This document shows positions 55,194-64,000 of a DNA stretch of 64,000 nt, piece after piece. The position numbers and the translations under genes are program-made. Position 1 is the first letter of the stretch. Each line of letters begins with the position of its first letter. Under the pieces are notes generated by a model. It was given only the letters and a program-made list of their open reading frames with translations, searched no databases and was not told where the DNA came from. Source of the stretch: an uncultured Ignavibacteriales bacterium (lineage in GTDB: Bacteria > Zixibacteria > MSB-5A5 > GN15 > FEB-12); contig CAZNAI010000002.1 in NCBI GenBank assembly GCA_964571235.1, positions 2,837 to 66,836 of the forward strand, written 5' to 3'.

Positions 55194-57686
55194 ATGAGTT
55201 TCATGGAAACGCCCGATAAAGCCCCCCGAAAGTACGATTTCGCTCATATCGACCAGAAGTGGCAGGAACGCTGGGACCGTGACCAGCTCTACAAAGCTCC
55301 CGCTCATCCCGATCCGGCCAACAAGTTCTATATGCTGGTGATGTTCGCCTATCCCTCCGGCGATATTCATATGGGACATTTCAGAAATTATATCATCGGG
55401 GACGCGGTCGCGCGGCGCCAGATGATGCTCGGCAAACAGGTATTGCATCCGTTTGGCTGGGACGCTTTCGGGTTACCCGCCGAACGGGCGGCGATTCAGC
55501 GAGGGATACATCCGGAAGACTGGACACTGACCAATGTCGAAGTTTCGCGCAACACGCTGAAAAAAGTCGGGATCTCGTTTGACTGGACGCGCGAGGTCAA
55601 TTCAAGTGCGCCGGATTATTACAAGTGGACCCAGTGGATGTTTATCCAGCTCTTCAACAAAGGGCTGGCGTACCGTCAGAGGGGATTTGTCAATTGGTGC
55701 CCCGAGGACAAGACGGTGCTGGCCAACGAACAGGTCAAAGACGGCCGGTGTGAGCGGTGCGGGACGCTGGTTGAAAAGAAAGACCAGGTACAGTGGTATT
55801 TCAAGATCACGGCGTATGCCGATCGCCTGATCGATGATCTGGACACCCTGCCGGGGTGGCCGGACAATGTGAAGACAATGCAGAAAGAGTGGATCGGGCG
55901 CTCGCACGGACTTGAGATCGATTTTACGATTGAGTCTACGGGGGAGAAGATCCCGGTTTTTACGACCCGCGCTGACACGGTCTATGGCGTGACATTTATG
56001 GCGATTGCGCCGGAGGCGGAAATTTTGTCACGGATGAATCTTGCGCCCGAGTATGCGAAAAAAGTCGCTGAATACAAAGCGATTGCCGGGCGACGGAGCG
56101 ATATTGAGCGAGCCGCGACAGGCGAGAAGGATGGTGTCTTTACCGGCCAGTATGCGATCAATCCGTATAGCGGTGAGAAAGTACAGCTTTGGGTGGCCGA
56201 CTATGTGCTTGCCGGTTACGGCACCGGTGTGGTCATGGGAGTGCCGGCGCACGATACGAGGGATATGGCGTTTGCTCATAAGTACGGCATTCCTATCAGA
56301 GTGGTCATTCAAGGCGGATCAGATGAAGCGTTGGGGCCTAAAGAGGCGTTTGTCGAATATGGCCCGATGATTAATTCCGGAAAGTTTGACGGGAAGGCTG
56401 GCGAGACCGCACTCACGGCGGTATCGGAGTATGCTGAACAGAAAGGACTTGGGCGGCGCAAGGTAAACTATAAGTTGAAGGACTGGTCGATCTCGCGCCA
56501 GCGGTACTGGGGGTGCCCAATCCCGATTGTACATTGCTCAAAGTGCGGGCCGGTGGCAGTGCCCGATGACCAACTGCCGGTAATATTGCCGCATGTCGAC
56601 AATTTCCTACCCAAAGGGCGTTCGCCGCTGGCCGATGTGCCGGAGTTTGTTAATACGACCTGCCCGAAATGTAGCGGGCCGGCAGAGCGCGATCCGGATA
56701 CGATGGATACGTTTGTCTGCTCAAGCTGGTATTACCTCCGATACTGCGATGCCAATAACACCAACTCTCCGTTTGACACATCGATGGCTAACGACTGGAT
56801 GCCGGTCGATTTGTATGTCGGCGGTGTGACTCACGCGACTGGACATCTGATCTATTTCCGGTTTTTCCAGAAGTTTCTCAAGGATATGGGGTGGCTTGAC
56901 GACAGCGAGCCGTCGCTGAAGCTCTTCAATCACGGGATGGTGATGGATTCGCACGGCGAGGTGATGTCCAAGTCCAAGGGGAATGTGGTGTCGCCAATCG
57001 CGGTAATGGCTGAGCGGGGGACGGATATTGCACGTTTGGCAATGTTTTTCACGGCGCCATCGGAGAAAGAAGTTCTGTGGAGCAATGAAGGCATCACCGG
57101 TGTCGAGAAGTTTGTGTTAAACCGGGTATTGCCGCTTGCCAAGTCGTATCGAGGGTCAAAGCCGGACTTAAAGCAATGGTTTAAGGTCGAGCAGTTGACT
57201 GCCGATGAACGGGCGATCTATATCAAACTCAACCAGACGATTAAACGGGTCGACGAGTCGTTCGAGCGGCTCGGGTTCAATACGGCGATTTCGGCGCTGA
57301 TGGAGCTACTGCGTGACTATGATCCTGCCAAGATTGGCAACGACAAGCTAAACGACCAGATCGTGCTCAAGTCGATTCAGATGATCGCGCCACTGGGGCC
57401 ACATGTGGCCGAGGAACTTTGGGAGCAGTTGGGCTTTACGCAGTCGATTTTCAAATCAAGCTGGCCGGAATATGATCATACGGCGGTGACAGGCGAATCG
57501 GTCGATATCGCGGTTCAGGTCAATGGTAAGCTACGCGATACGGTTACGGTCGGAGTTGATGCGGACCAGGCCGAGGTAGAATCGGCGGCATTTGCTAGCC
57601 CAAAGGTGACCGGGCATACCGAGGGTAAGCAGATCATCAAGAAGGTGTACGTGCCGGGGCGGCTACTTAGTATTGTCGTGAAATAG
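55194..57686 (+). CDS. leuS: leucine--tRNA ligase
   Basis: FAYPSGDIHMGH (HIGH), the CP1 editing domain, and VMSKSKGN (KMSKS). 830 aa. Confidence 0.97.
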   Translation: MSFMETPDKAPRKYDFAHIDQKWQERWDRDQLYKAPAHPDPANKFYMLVMFAYPSGDIHMGHFRNYIIGDAVARRQMMLGKQVLHPFGWDAFGLPAERAAIQRGIHPEDWTLTNVEVSRNTLKKVGISFDWTREVNSSAPDYYKWTQWMFIQLFNKGLAYRQRGFVNWCPEDKTVLANEQVKDGRCERCGTLVEKKDQVQWYFKITAYADRLIDDLDTLPGWPDNVKTMQKEWIGRSHGLEIDFTIESTGEKIPVFTTRADTVYGVTFMAIAPEAEILSRMNLAPEYAKKVAEYKAIAGRRSDIERAATGEKDGVFTGQYAINPYSGEKVQLWVADYVLAGYGTGVVMGVPAHDTRDMAFAHKYGIPIRVVIQGGSDEALGPKEAFVEYGPMINSGKFDGKAGETALTAVSEYAEQKGLGRRKVNYKLKDWSISRQRYWGCPIPIVHCSKCGPVAVPDDQLPVILPHVDNFLPKGRSPLADVPEFVNTTCPKCSGPAERDPDTMDTFVCSSWYYLRYCDANNTNSPFDTSMANDWMPVDLYVGGVTHATGHLIYFRFFQKFLKDMGWLDDSEPSLKLFNHGMVMDSHGEVMSKSKGNVVSPIAVMAERGTDIARLAMFFTAPSEKEVLWSNEGITGVEKFVLNRVLPLAKSYRGSKPDLKQWFKVEQLTADERAIYIKLNQTIKRVDESFERLGFNTAISALMELLRDYDPAKIGNDKLNDQIVLKSIQMIAPLGPHVAEELWEQLGFTQSIFKSSWPEYDHTAVTGESVDIAVQVNGKLRDTVTVGVDADQAEVESAAFASPKVTGHTEGKQIIKKVYVPGRLLSIVVK

Positions 57687-57967
57687 GTGACGGGGCTGGG
57701 ATTGAGTCGTATCAACGGGCTGTGGGCTATTCTGTAGTTAACATAATATATATTATGGGACACCACTACCTTCATAAAGTGGCCGTTGCATTTCTGATTC
57801 CCGAACTGGTAGCGCACCGCTTCGCGGTACAAATCTTGCCGGGATGATTGCGACCGCGTAGCGGTCGCCTACCAAACTGCCGGAGTGCCCGGTACATGGG
57901 ACACGGTGATGTTGAACTGCATGACGAGTTACCAATAACTGTGGAACGCGAAACGCGAGCGGCGGAG

Positions 57968-58876
57968 CTATATCTGCTTAAAGCCCCAGTCGACGAGTTT
58001 GCGGGCCTCGCGGAAACGGGTCATGGCGCCGGGAGCGCCCAGCGCTACGACTGTCAGCCTCTCCCCTTGCCGGTTCTGGACCAGCGAGGCGACACAGTAC
58101 TGAGCGGCGGAAATATAGCCGGTCTTGCCGGTCAGGACATCGTAGGGCGAATGAGTAAGTAGATTGGTATTGGTGATAGGCTTTTTGAGCAGACGTTTGC
58201 CGCGTTGAATGCGAGTGACATAATTTTGTGTCGAGGTGATTTTCCCGATTTGCGAATAGTTTCGGGTATAGTAAATGATCTTGGCGACCTCGGTGGCAGT
58301 TGAGACGTTCTCGGCGCTGAGGCCGGTCGGCTCGACAAAGTGAGAATTGGTCAGACCCAGTTCGGCGGCTTTGGCGTTCATGGCGGCGGCACATTTTTCG
58401 TAACTGCCAAAGACTGCCCTGGCCAGTGCACGAGTCGCCCGATTGTCGGAGACCATCAGAGAGGTGTACAGCAGGTCGTTCAAGCTGAGTTTGTATCCCA
58501 CGACCATGCGCGAGCGCGATGATCGGCTGGCGTCTTCTTTGGTGATGGTCTCGATCTGAGTCAAGTCGGGCTTTTGGTCGAGGACCACCATCGCGGTCAT
58601 CAGCTTTGAAATTGAAGCAATCGACCGGACCTCGTCGGGGTTTTTGGCGTACAGCACGGCGCCGTCAGCAAAATTCACCAGCAACGCCGATTTGAGCCGG
58701 ACATTGAGGCCTTTGGTCTTGGCGTTGTGAAAGTCGAGTTCGTACTGATCTTCCTTGGGAATCGGGCTGGCCTGGGCAACGGAGGATTCAAGGACCGGCC
58801 CGCCGGTGTTGGCGACCCACATGCCGCCTGCGACTATCGCCCCGCCGATGAGTATGGAATACAGGTAACGCCGCAT
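57968..58876 (-). CDS. D-alanyl-D-alanine carboxypeptidase/endopeptidase (S11, PBP5/PbpG-like)
   Basis: Signal or TM N-terminus, SISKLMT (SxxK), SDN and KTGY motifs. Confidence 0.85.
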   Translation of the reverse strand: MRRYLYSILIGGAIVAGGMWVANTGGPVLESSVAQASPIPKEDQYELDFHNAKTKGLNVRLKSALLVNFADGAVLYAKNPDEVRSIASISKLMTAMVVLDQKPDLTQIETITKEDASRSSRSRMVVGYKLSLNDLLYTSLMVSDNRATRALARAVFGSYEKCAAAMNAKAAELGLTNSHFVEPTGLSAENVSTATEVAKIIYYTRNYSQIGKITSTQNYVTRIQRGKRLLKKPITNTNLLTHSPYDVLTGKTGYISAAQYCVASLVQNRQGERLTVVALGAPGAMTRFREARKLVDWGFKQI

Positions 58877-58883
58877 CGTGCTC

Positions 58884-60200
58884 CTATTGGTACCTGATCC
58901 ATTTGATGATTTCGGGGAGAGTTGGCCGCTTACCGTACATGAGAATGCCTATGCGGAATATCTTGGCGCAGATCCAGGTCATAATCACAATCATCACGAC
59001 TACTAATAAGAACGACAGTATGGCCTGGCCGAGAACGCCGGAAAAGAGCGAATACTGCGTTGTGGTTGGGGCCATGAAGACTATCCGCATCATCATCATG
59101 GTGGGCGCAAAAAACGGGATCATCGAGAGCGTGAGCGCCAACACTGAATTGGGATCCTGTACGACCGAGATGCCGACCATCATCGGAAGGACCAGACACA
59201 TGACCACCGGGAACATGAAGTTTTGGGCTTCCTTTTCGCTGTTCACAATAGAACCGAGGAGCGCGAATATTGTGGAATACAAGAGATAGCCGGAAATCAG
59301 AAAGAGAGCAAAGAAGACGACAATAACCGGGTTCGCAACGACGCGCATAATGGACGGGTCGATTTGAAACGCCATCGCGCCGCTGAACATGATCATGACC
59401 AGACCAAGCACGATCCAGACTGCGACCTGAGTAAGAGCGGCCGCTCCAAGCCCGAGTAGCTTGCCAGCCATCAGTTGGAACGGCGAGACTGATGACACCA
59501 TGACTTCCATGATGCGTGAATTTTTCTCGTCGATGACCGAGCGCATGACAGTCTGGCCGTAGCCTAAGATCATCATATAGATGAGCATCACAAAGATCAG
59601 GGCACCGAAATATTTCACGCGGAAATCGACCGCTGATCCGGTTGTATCGCGCCGACTCAAGTCTATGCGTGAAGTGAGAGTGAGAATGGAATCAACCGGT
59701 AAATTAATGCTGGAAACTTGCAGGCGCATAGATGAGACGATATTGGAAAGGACCGTTTCAAAGCGCGAGAGCGAATGGAAATCTTCGTTGTTGGCGACAA
59801 GGTAGATCGAATCATCGGGGAAACGGGAAGCCATCGGCCGGACAACCAGAAAATACCTGATGTCCCGCTCAGAAATGGCGACACTCAGTGAGTCATACAA
59901 TCGTTTAAACTCGGTCTCATCTTTGACCGAATTGAAATTGTTTACAACATTGTAATAGGGTCCGCCGTTTTCGAGCGTGTCTTTTTCGATAGTTGCGGCG
60001 AACTGTGCGCCCATCCCCTCTCCACCCATGTCGACCACCGCCAGCTTTTCGGCCTCGGTGGATTTTTTGTCAGCCAGCCAGGCGGGCAGGAGCATGAACA
60101 GCGCCATGATGGCCGGAGTGAGCAGAATGCCGAAGATGAATGATTTTTTTTGGACAACCTGCGCGTACTCGCGTGTGATGATGATCCAGATTTTACCCAC
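58884..60200 (-). CDS. ABC-2 type transporter permease (NatB-like)
   Basis: N-terminal TM helix, a large extracytoplasmic loop, then a C-terminal bundle of 5 TM helices. It overlaps the upstream ATPase gene. Confidence 0.75.
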   Translation of the reverse strand: MGKIWIIITREYAQVVQKKSFIFGILLTPAIMALFMLLPAWLADKKSTEAEKLAVVDMGGEGMGAQFAATIEKDTLENGGPYYNVVNNFNSVKDETEFKRLYDSLSVAISERDIRYFLVVRPMASRFPDDSIYLVANNEDFHSLSRFETVLSNIVSSMRLQVSSINLPVDSILTLTSRIDLSRRDTTGSAVDFRVKYFGALIFVMLIYMMILGYGQTVMRSVIDEKNSRIMEVMVSSVSPFQLMAGKLLGLGAAALTQVAVWIVLGLVMIMFSGAMAFQIDPSIMRVVANPVIVVFFALFLISGYLLYSTIFALLGSIVNSEKEAQNFMFPVVMCLVLPMMVGISVVQDPNSVLALTLSMIPFFAPTMMMMRIVFMAPTTTQYSLFSGVLGQAILSFLLVVVMIVIMTWICAKIFRIGILMYGKRPTLPEIIKWIRYQ

Positions 60201-61125
60201 GCTGTACCCCCGCGGATTGCGAGAATTCAGCCCGGTCGACTTTGGCGACCTCTATGAAGATCTCATACAACGACGGTTCGACAATTTCAAACCGCCGGAC
60301 TGATACCTTATCGACGATTGATTTCAAAAGTGCCGGCGCTGAAGCACCCTCGCCAAGCCTGAGTTCGAGGTAGTTGTTGTATTCGGTCACGCCGGCGACT
60401 CCGGGTAACGAGCGAATGAACGACCCGTCGCCGTCGAAACTGACCTGAATTGCGTTGCGACCGAACTGGGCCTTGATATCTGCCAGGCGACCGTCGAGGA
60501 CTTTCTGTCCTTGCGAAATCATACAAAGATGATCGCACAGCTTTTCGGCCTGCTCCATGACGTGGGTGGAAAAGAGAATCGTCTTCCCCTGACGTTTCAA
60601 GTCGAGTAGAATTCCCTTCATCAGTTCGACATTGAGCGGGTCAAGTCCGGAGAAGAGTTCGTCGAGAATGATAATCTCCGGTTCGTGGGCGATGGTTGTA
60701 ATGAATTGGAGCTTCTGTTGCATTCCCTTGGAGAGCTCTTCAACTTTGCGATCGCGATAGGCTGAAAGTTCGAGCCGTTCGAGCCAGGGTCCGATAGCGG
60801 CTTTCGCACGCGAGGCGGACATCCCTTTGAGTTCGGCCATGTAGACGATCACTTCGGCCAGGGTCATCTTCTTATAAAGACCGCGCTCTTCGGGGAGATA
60901 CCCGACCCGGTCTTTGAAATCGGCGCCGACCGGTTGGCCGTCGAGTCGGATGGTCCCGGAATCGGGGGGCACGATATTCATGATCATGCGGATGGTGGTG
61001 GTCTTTCCTGCGCCGTTAGGACCGATAATGCCAAACATCGAGCCTTTGGGGACTGAGAGCGACAGATCGGCGACCGCCACCTTGCCGTCGTACTGTTTGC
61101 GAATGTGTTCTAATTGTAAATACAT
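60193..61125 (-). CDS. ABC transporter ATP-binding protein (NatA-like)
   Basis: Walker A GPNGAGKTT, signature LSKGMQQK, Walker B IIILDE and the H-loop STHVM. Confidence 0.9.
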   Translation of the reverse strand: MYLQLEHIRKQYDGKVAVADLSLSVPKGSMFGIIGPNGAGKTTTIRMIMNIVPPDSGTIRLDGQPVGADFKDRVGYLPEERGLYKKMTLAEVIVYMAELKGMSASRAKAAIGPWLERLELSAYRDRKVEELSKGMQQKLQFITTIAHEPEIIILDELFSGLDPLNVELMKGILLDLKRQGKTILFSTHVMEQAEKLCDHLCMISQGQKVLDGRLADIKAQFGRNAIQVSFDGDGSFIRSLPGVAGVTEYNNYLELRLGEGASAPALLKSIVDKVSVRRFEIVEPSLYEIFIEVAKVDRAEFSQSAGVQRG

Positions 61126-61202
61126 AGTACTGCCTATACTCTCCGCATTCTTTGAATATTCAGGCCCCCGGCGGTTTGAATCAACAAAAAAAGCCGAGTG
61201 TG

Positions 61203-61976
61203 TTAGCTTTTGATGAGTTCGGCAAAGCGAGTGGCGTTGGTCACTGCCTGACCCAAATGACAGTTATTGAAAAAGACGTAGGTGGTTTTGACTTTCGCCA
61301 TGATTTTGCGGACTTTGTCGCGCCACACACTCAGTTCCTCGTCGCTATAGAGATAATCATAGCGGAGAGAGCCTCCCTCCCACCATTTGTCAGCATTGCG
61401 GCCGTGAAGACGGATGTAGGCGGTGTCAGTCGTGGCAAACAGGTCGGGTTTGAGTAGTCCGGGGAGCGGAGGTTCATCGACACAGACATAGCCGATACCT
61501 TCGGATTTAAGACGATCATACATCGGACGGTTGACCCAGCTATGATGACGGAATTCGACAAAGAGGCGTTGGGGGGCGACCGCCTCGCGGCATATGGATA
61601 CGTAGTCCAGTTCATATTGGCCAAAGCGAAACGAATAGGGGAATTGAGCAAGTAATCCCGAGAGGCGGCCGGACTCGACAAGTGGGCGGATGGCTTCGGT
61701 GAATTGCCGCTGGTCTTGTTCCAAGTTTGTCCGCTGGTGAGTGTACGATTGCGGAACCTTGACCATGAAATCAAATCCGGGCGGGACTTTCTTGAGCATG
61801 TTGACCATCACGACCGGATGAGGAATCCGATAGTATGTGGAATTGATTTCGACCGTCTCGAAAAAACGGGAATAATGATCGAGCATTTTTCCTTTGTCGA
61901 TATTGGCCGGATAGAACGGGCCGCGCCAGTCCTCAAATGAATATCCCGAAGTGCCAATGCGAACGGTCGATTGCAT
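61203..61976 (-). CDS. DUF72 (YecE/UPF0759) family protein
   Basis: IGTSGYSFEDWRGPFYP, FETVEINSTYY and YIRLHGRN are typical DUF72 motifs. Confidence 0.85.
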   Translation of the reverse strand: MQSTVRIGTSGYSFEDWRGPFYPANIDKGKMLDHYSRFFETVEINSTYYRIPHPVVMVNMLKKVPPGFDFMVKVPQSYTHQRTNLEQDQRQFTEAIRPLVESGRLSGLLAQFPYSFRFGQYELDYVSICREAVAPQRLFVEFRHHSWVNRPMYDRLKSEGIGYVCVDEPPLPGLLKPDLFATTDTAYIRLHGRNADKWWEGGSLRYDYLYSDEELSVWRDKVRKIMAKVKTTYVFFNNCHLGQAVTNATRFAELIKS

Positions 61977-61985
61977 ACAGAGACT

Positions 61986-62123
61986 TCACTCTTCGGTCTT
62001 TCGGTGTGGCTTGCGTTTCTGCTGAAAGCGGACACGGCCGCAGGTGGGGCAGATCCATTTACGTTGTTTATGAAAGACGCGCTTTTCTTCGCGCATAGTG
62101 ACTTTGCACTTGGGGCAGGTCAT
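61986..62123 (-). CDS. 45-aa zinc-ribbon mini-protein (not in the ORF track)
   Basis: The reverse-complement translation is MTCPKCKVTMREEKRVFHKQRKWICPTCGRVRFQQKRKPHRKTEE. It has two CPxC pairs. Its ATG overlaps the upstream stop as ATGA (62120-62123), and its stop is 9 nt before the DUF72 ATG. Confidence 0.5.
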   Translation of the reverse strand: MTCPKCKVTMREEKRVFHKQRKWICPTCGRVRFQQKRKPHRKTEE

Positions 62124-62731
62124 CTGGTAATGCGAAGGAAGTCGGTAAGCAAAAACTCGACCCGGCCGATCAGGGTCGACAGACGCGACATAACGGTGTA
62201 TCCGAAGGTTGTGCCGAAAAAGAGCATGAGGAACATGGTCCCGGCTTTGGCGGTCCGACCCAACAGGCCGGTCTGTTCGTGGCTGAAATAAAAATAGGCG
62301 ATGGTACAGATGACTCCGACCAATACCAAAATAGCTGAGAAATTCGGCTCAAAGCCTGAGGAAAATAACGGTGTGACGGTATCGGACAGTTGCGTCAGTG
62401 TGCGGGCCTGGAGCATGGCGGGGATTGCCGCACCGGCGCCGGAACCAATCAAAACAGCGAGGGGTAGACGTGACCAGGTGGCAAGGCGCGGGAAGAACCG
62501 TGAGAACATCAGTATGCCGAATATCAGAGGTAACAGAAGATGCCACTGGCCGCTTGAGAGCGGATCGACCAATTTGGACATGATGTTGTTCGACCAGGTT
62601 ATCACAAGAGTGTATCCGATGCTGACACCCACCAATAGAAATTCTGCCGCTTTGTACAGCGGGTTATCGCGATAAAGAAAACTGAGTATCGCGAGGGTCA
62701 GAAGTCCGGCGACTACAATCCCTATATCCAT
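62120..62731 (-). CDS. hypothetical polytopic membrane protein
   Basis: 203 aa with about 6 hydrophobic helices. Sits in an operon with the two upstream membrane genes. Confidence 0.55.
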   Translation of the reverse strand: MDIGIVVAGLLTLAILSFLYRDNPLYKAAEFLLVGVSIGYTLVITWSNNIMSKLVDPLSSGQWHLLLPLIFGILMFSRFFPRLATWSRLPLAVLIGSGAGAAIPAMLQARTLTQLSDTVTPLFSSGFEPNFSAILVLVGVICTIAYFYFSHEQTGLLGRTAKAGTMFLMLFFGTTFGYTVMSRLSTLIGRVEFLLTDFLRITR

Positions 62732-62732
62732 G

Positions 62733-63545
62733 CTATTCCTTGCCTCTCCCCCGACGCCGGTTTATCAGGTATATGATATTCCCGGCCAGGATCATGGCAA
62801 TCACATATAGATGGCCACTGGTCTGGGCTAGCATGCCGCGTGCACCGCTTCCACGGTGCCCGATCAGTTGTTCGTATTCTGCGGCCCCGCGTAGGCCACC
62901 CACCATTGCGCTTAGTTGGCCAGAAGCCAGATAAGGATCGTAGGAGGTCATCATCGCCCCTGTGACCGCGCCAACCACCGGCACACCAAAGCGGGCGTGG
63001 CCGTATTCGATCCAGTGTGTGGTCAGGTTGCCGTCGGCGATTGAGACTACTGCGCCAATCTGTCGGAAGTCGGTAACGCCTGAGAGAAGCGGGATTGAAT
63101 CATACGGGTGTCCGAAATAGTCGGCTGGGAAAGTCTTCTTGATGGATTCTCCCATTGAGAGAATCGCGGCAATCGGCTGTGGTTGAAACCCCAGATAGGC
63201 GTAATCGGAGCCGTAGGACTTGTGATATTCATGTGCGACTTGATCCAATAGTTGACTACCTATTCCGGTCCCCTCCGCCATCAACGCCACCCCCACTATT
63301 CGGTTGCCGTGGGAGAACAGGTGGCGAAGAACGGCTACTGCCAGCGGGCGGATTTCGGGGAGAGCGGAAGCCTCGTGATCGAACGACACAATCACAATGG
63401 CGCTGGCTGGAAGGGAATCAATGAACGAATGGAATTTCACGGATTCCGGGGATGCGGTGGAATCTATCTGGATGTTGATCAGCATCGACGCGACAATTGC
63501 AATTAGTAATCCCAAGAAAACCCAGTGGCGCGAAGTGAGCGACAT
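62733..63545 (-). CDS. hypothetical bitopic protein (N- and C-terminal TM helices, ~200-aa extracytoplasmic domain)
   Basis: ATG 63545 (MSLTSRHWVFLGLLIAIVASML) overlaps the upstream stop as TGATG. The track ORF extends to 63674 inside the upstream gene. Confidence 0.5.
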   Translation of the reverse strand: MSLTSRHWVFLGLLIAIVASMLINIQIDSTASPESVKFHSFIDSLPASAIVIVSFDHEASALPEIRPLAVAVLRHLFSHGNRIVGVALMAEGTGIGSQLLDQVAHEYHKSYGSDYAYLGFQPQPIAAILSMGESIKKTFPADYFGHPYDSIPLLSGVTDFRQIGAVVSIADGNLTTHWIEYGHARFGVPVVGAVTGAMMTSYDPYLASGQLSAMVGGLRGAAEYEQLIGHRGSGARGMLAQTSGHLYVIAMILAGNIIYLINRRRGRGKE

Positions 63546-64000
63546 CAGCGGTTGCCCCCGAGCCAGGTGCGTTCTATGCCGAGAATGACGCGAAGCGATG
63601 TAGTGAGTGAACCAAGACCGATACCGATGAGAATTGCTCGACGGGCGGCCATCGACGGAGTGTTGCGAACCCAATCAGTAAACACGGGAAACTGGCTCCA
63701 AAGATGGTCGCCGAGGGCTGATCGGCTGATAAGCACCAAGAGAGCGGCAACGAGCAATACGGTCGCCGCTACCGAGCGGGCGCGAAAGCCCCGGTAAGAG
63801 GCCGATGCGACAAAGAAAGCAAGTAGCGCAAAGACGGTTGATTGAAGGGGAATCTGGATATTGTCAAAGACCCACATGAAGGGCGAGTCGACCCCTCTCC
63901 CCCAGATGATTGCCAAAAGCGGCATGGCAAGCATCGCACCGATTGACAACCCACGATAGAAGATTTGGTTTCTGTTTGATATGGCCTTGAGATTTACTTT
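63545..64000 (-). CDS. hypothetical polytopic membrane protein (partial, frame open to the window edge)
   Basis: No in-frame stop between 63949 and 64000 on the minus strand. Hydrophobic helices throughout. Confidence 0.5.
   Translation of the reverse strand, partial: KVNLKAISNRNQIFYRGLSIGAMLAMPLLAIIWGRGVDSPFMWVFDNIQIPLQSTVFALLAFFVASASYRGFRARSVAATVLLVAALLVLISRSALGDHLWSQFPVFTDWVRNTPSMAARRAILIGIGLGSLTTSLRVILGIERTWLGGNR

Noticed and set aside
57755-57935. Small ORFs in the leuS-downstream spacer: a plus-strand 30-codon ORF MGHHYLHKVAVAF... from 57755, and the minus-strand 60-aa ORF 57753-57935.
   Set aside because: Neither has an SD, a signal or TM feature, or a recognisable motif, and they overlap each other and the hairpins. 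Evidence is insufficient to call them.

Overview
This 64-kb window is from a diderm bacterium (BamD, LptD-like, LolA-like and omptin-like outer-membrane genes), probably an uncultured lineage. All product calls come from motif recognition in the supplied translations, because no database search could be run.

Most of the window is tightly packed housekeeping DNA:
- A PAP2 phosphatase-msrB pair.
- argS followed by a six-gene shikimate operon (DAHP synthase, aroA, aroE, aroK, aroB, aroQ) that has no aroC.
- MATE and MFS transporters, alaX, an LptD-like gene, ftsK, a lolA-like gene, rimO, bamD, nadD, polA and coaE.
- A peptidoglycan-peptide recycling trio (NlpC/P60, L-Ala-D/L-Glu epimerase, amidase).
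- proS, then the long conserved run rimP-nusA-infB-rbfA-nrnA-truB-ribF-rpsO-pnp, an M16 peptidase and leuS.
- A minus-strand block with an S11 carboxypeptidase, an ABC-2 exporter, a DUF72 gene and an uncharacterised membrane operon that runs off the right edge.

I found no CRISPR array, integrase, transposase or recognisable defence or toxin-antitoxin genes.

The one clearly accessory stretch is about 37.3-41.3 kb, next to tRNA-Arg(CCG). It holds orphan genes of somewhat lower GC, a dense mosaic of short GC-rich hairpin repeats, and the best candidate for something new. That candidate is a strongly SD-driven 67-aa precursor of a Sec-exported, cationic, 8-cysteine 39-aa mini-protein. It is followed by a membrane-anchored CPPC thioredoxin-fold (TlpA-like) oxidoreductase, and the pair is bracketed by two direct copies of a ~67-nt hairpin element.

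Secondary oddities:
- A DapF homolog with both catalytic Cys replaced by Ser.
- A nadD whose HxGH motif lies upstream of any canonical start codon.
- A possibly membrane-anchored MsrB.
- An omptin-like protease.
- An untracked 45-aa zinc-ribbon ORF translationally coupled inside the unknown membrane operon.
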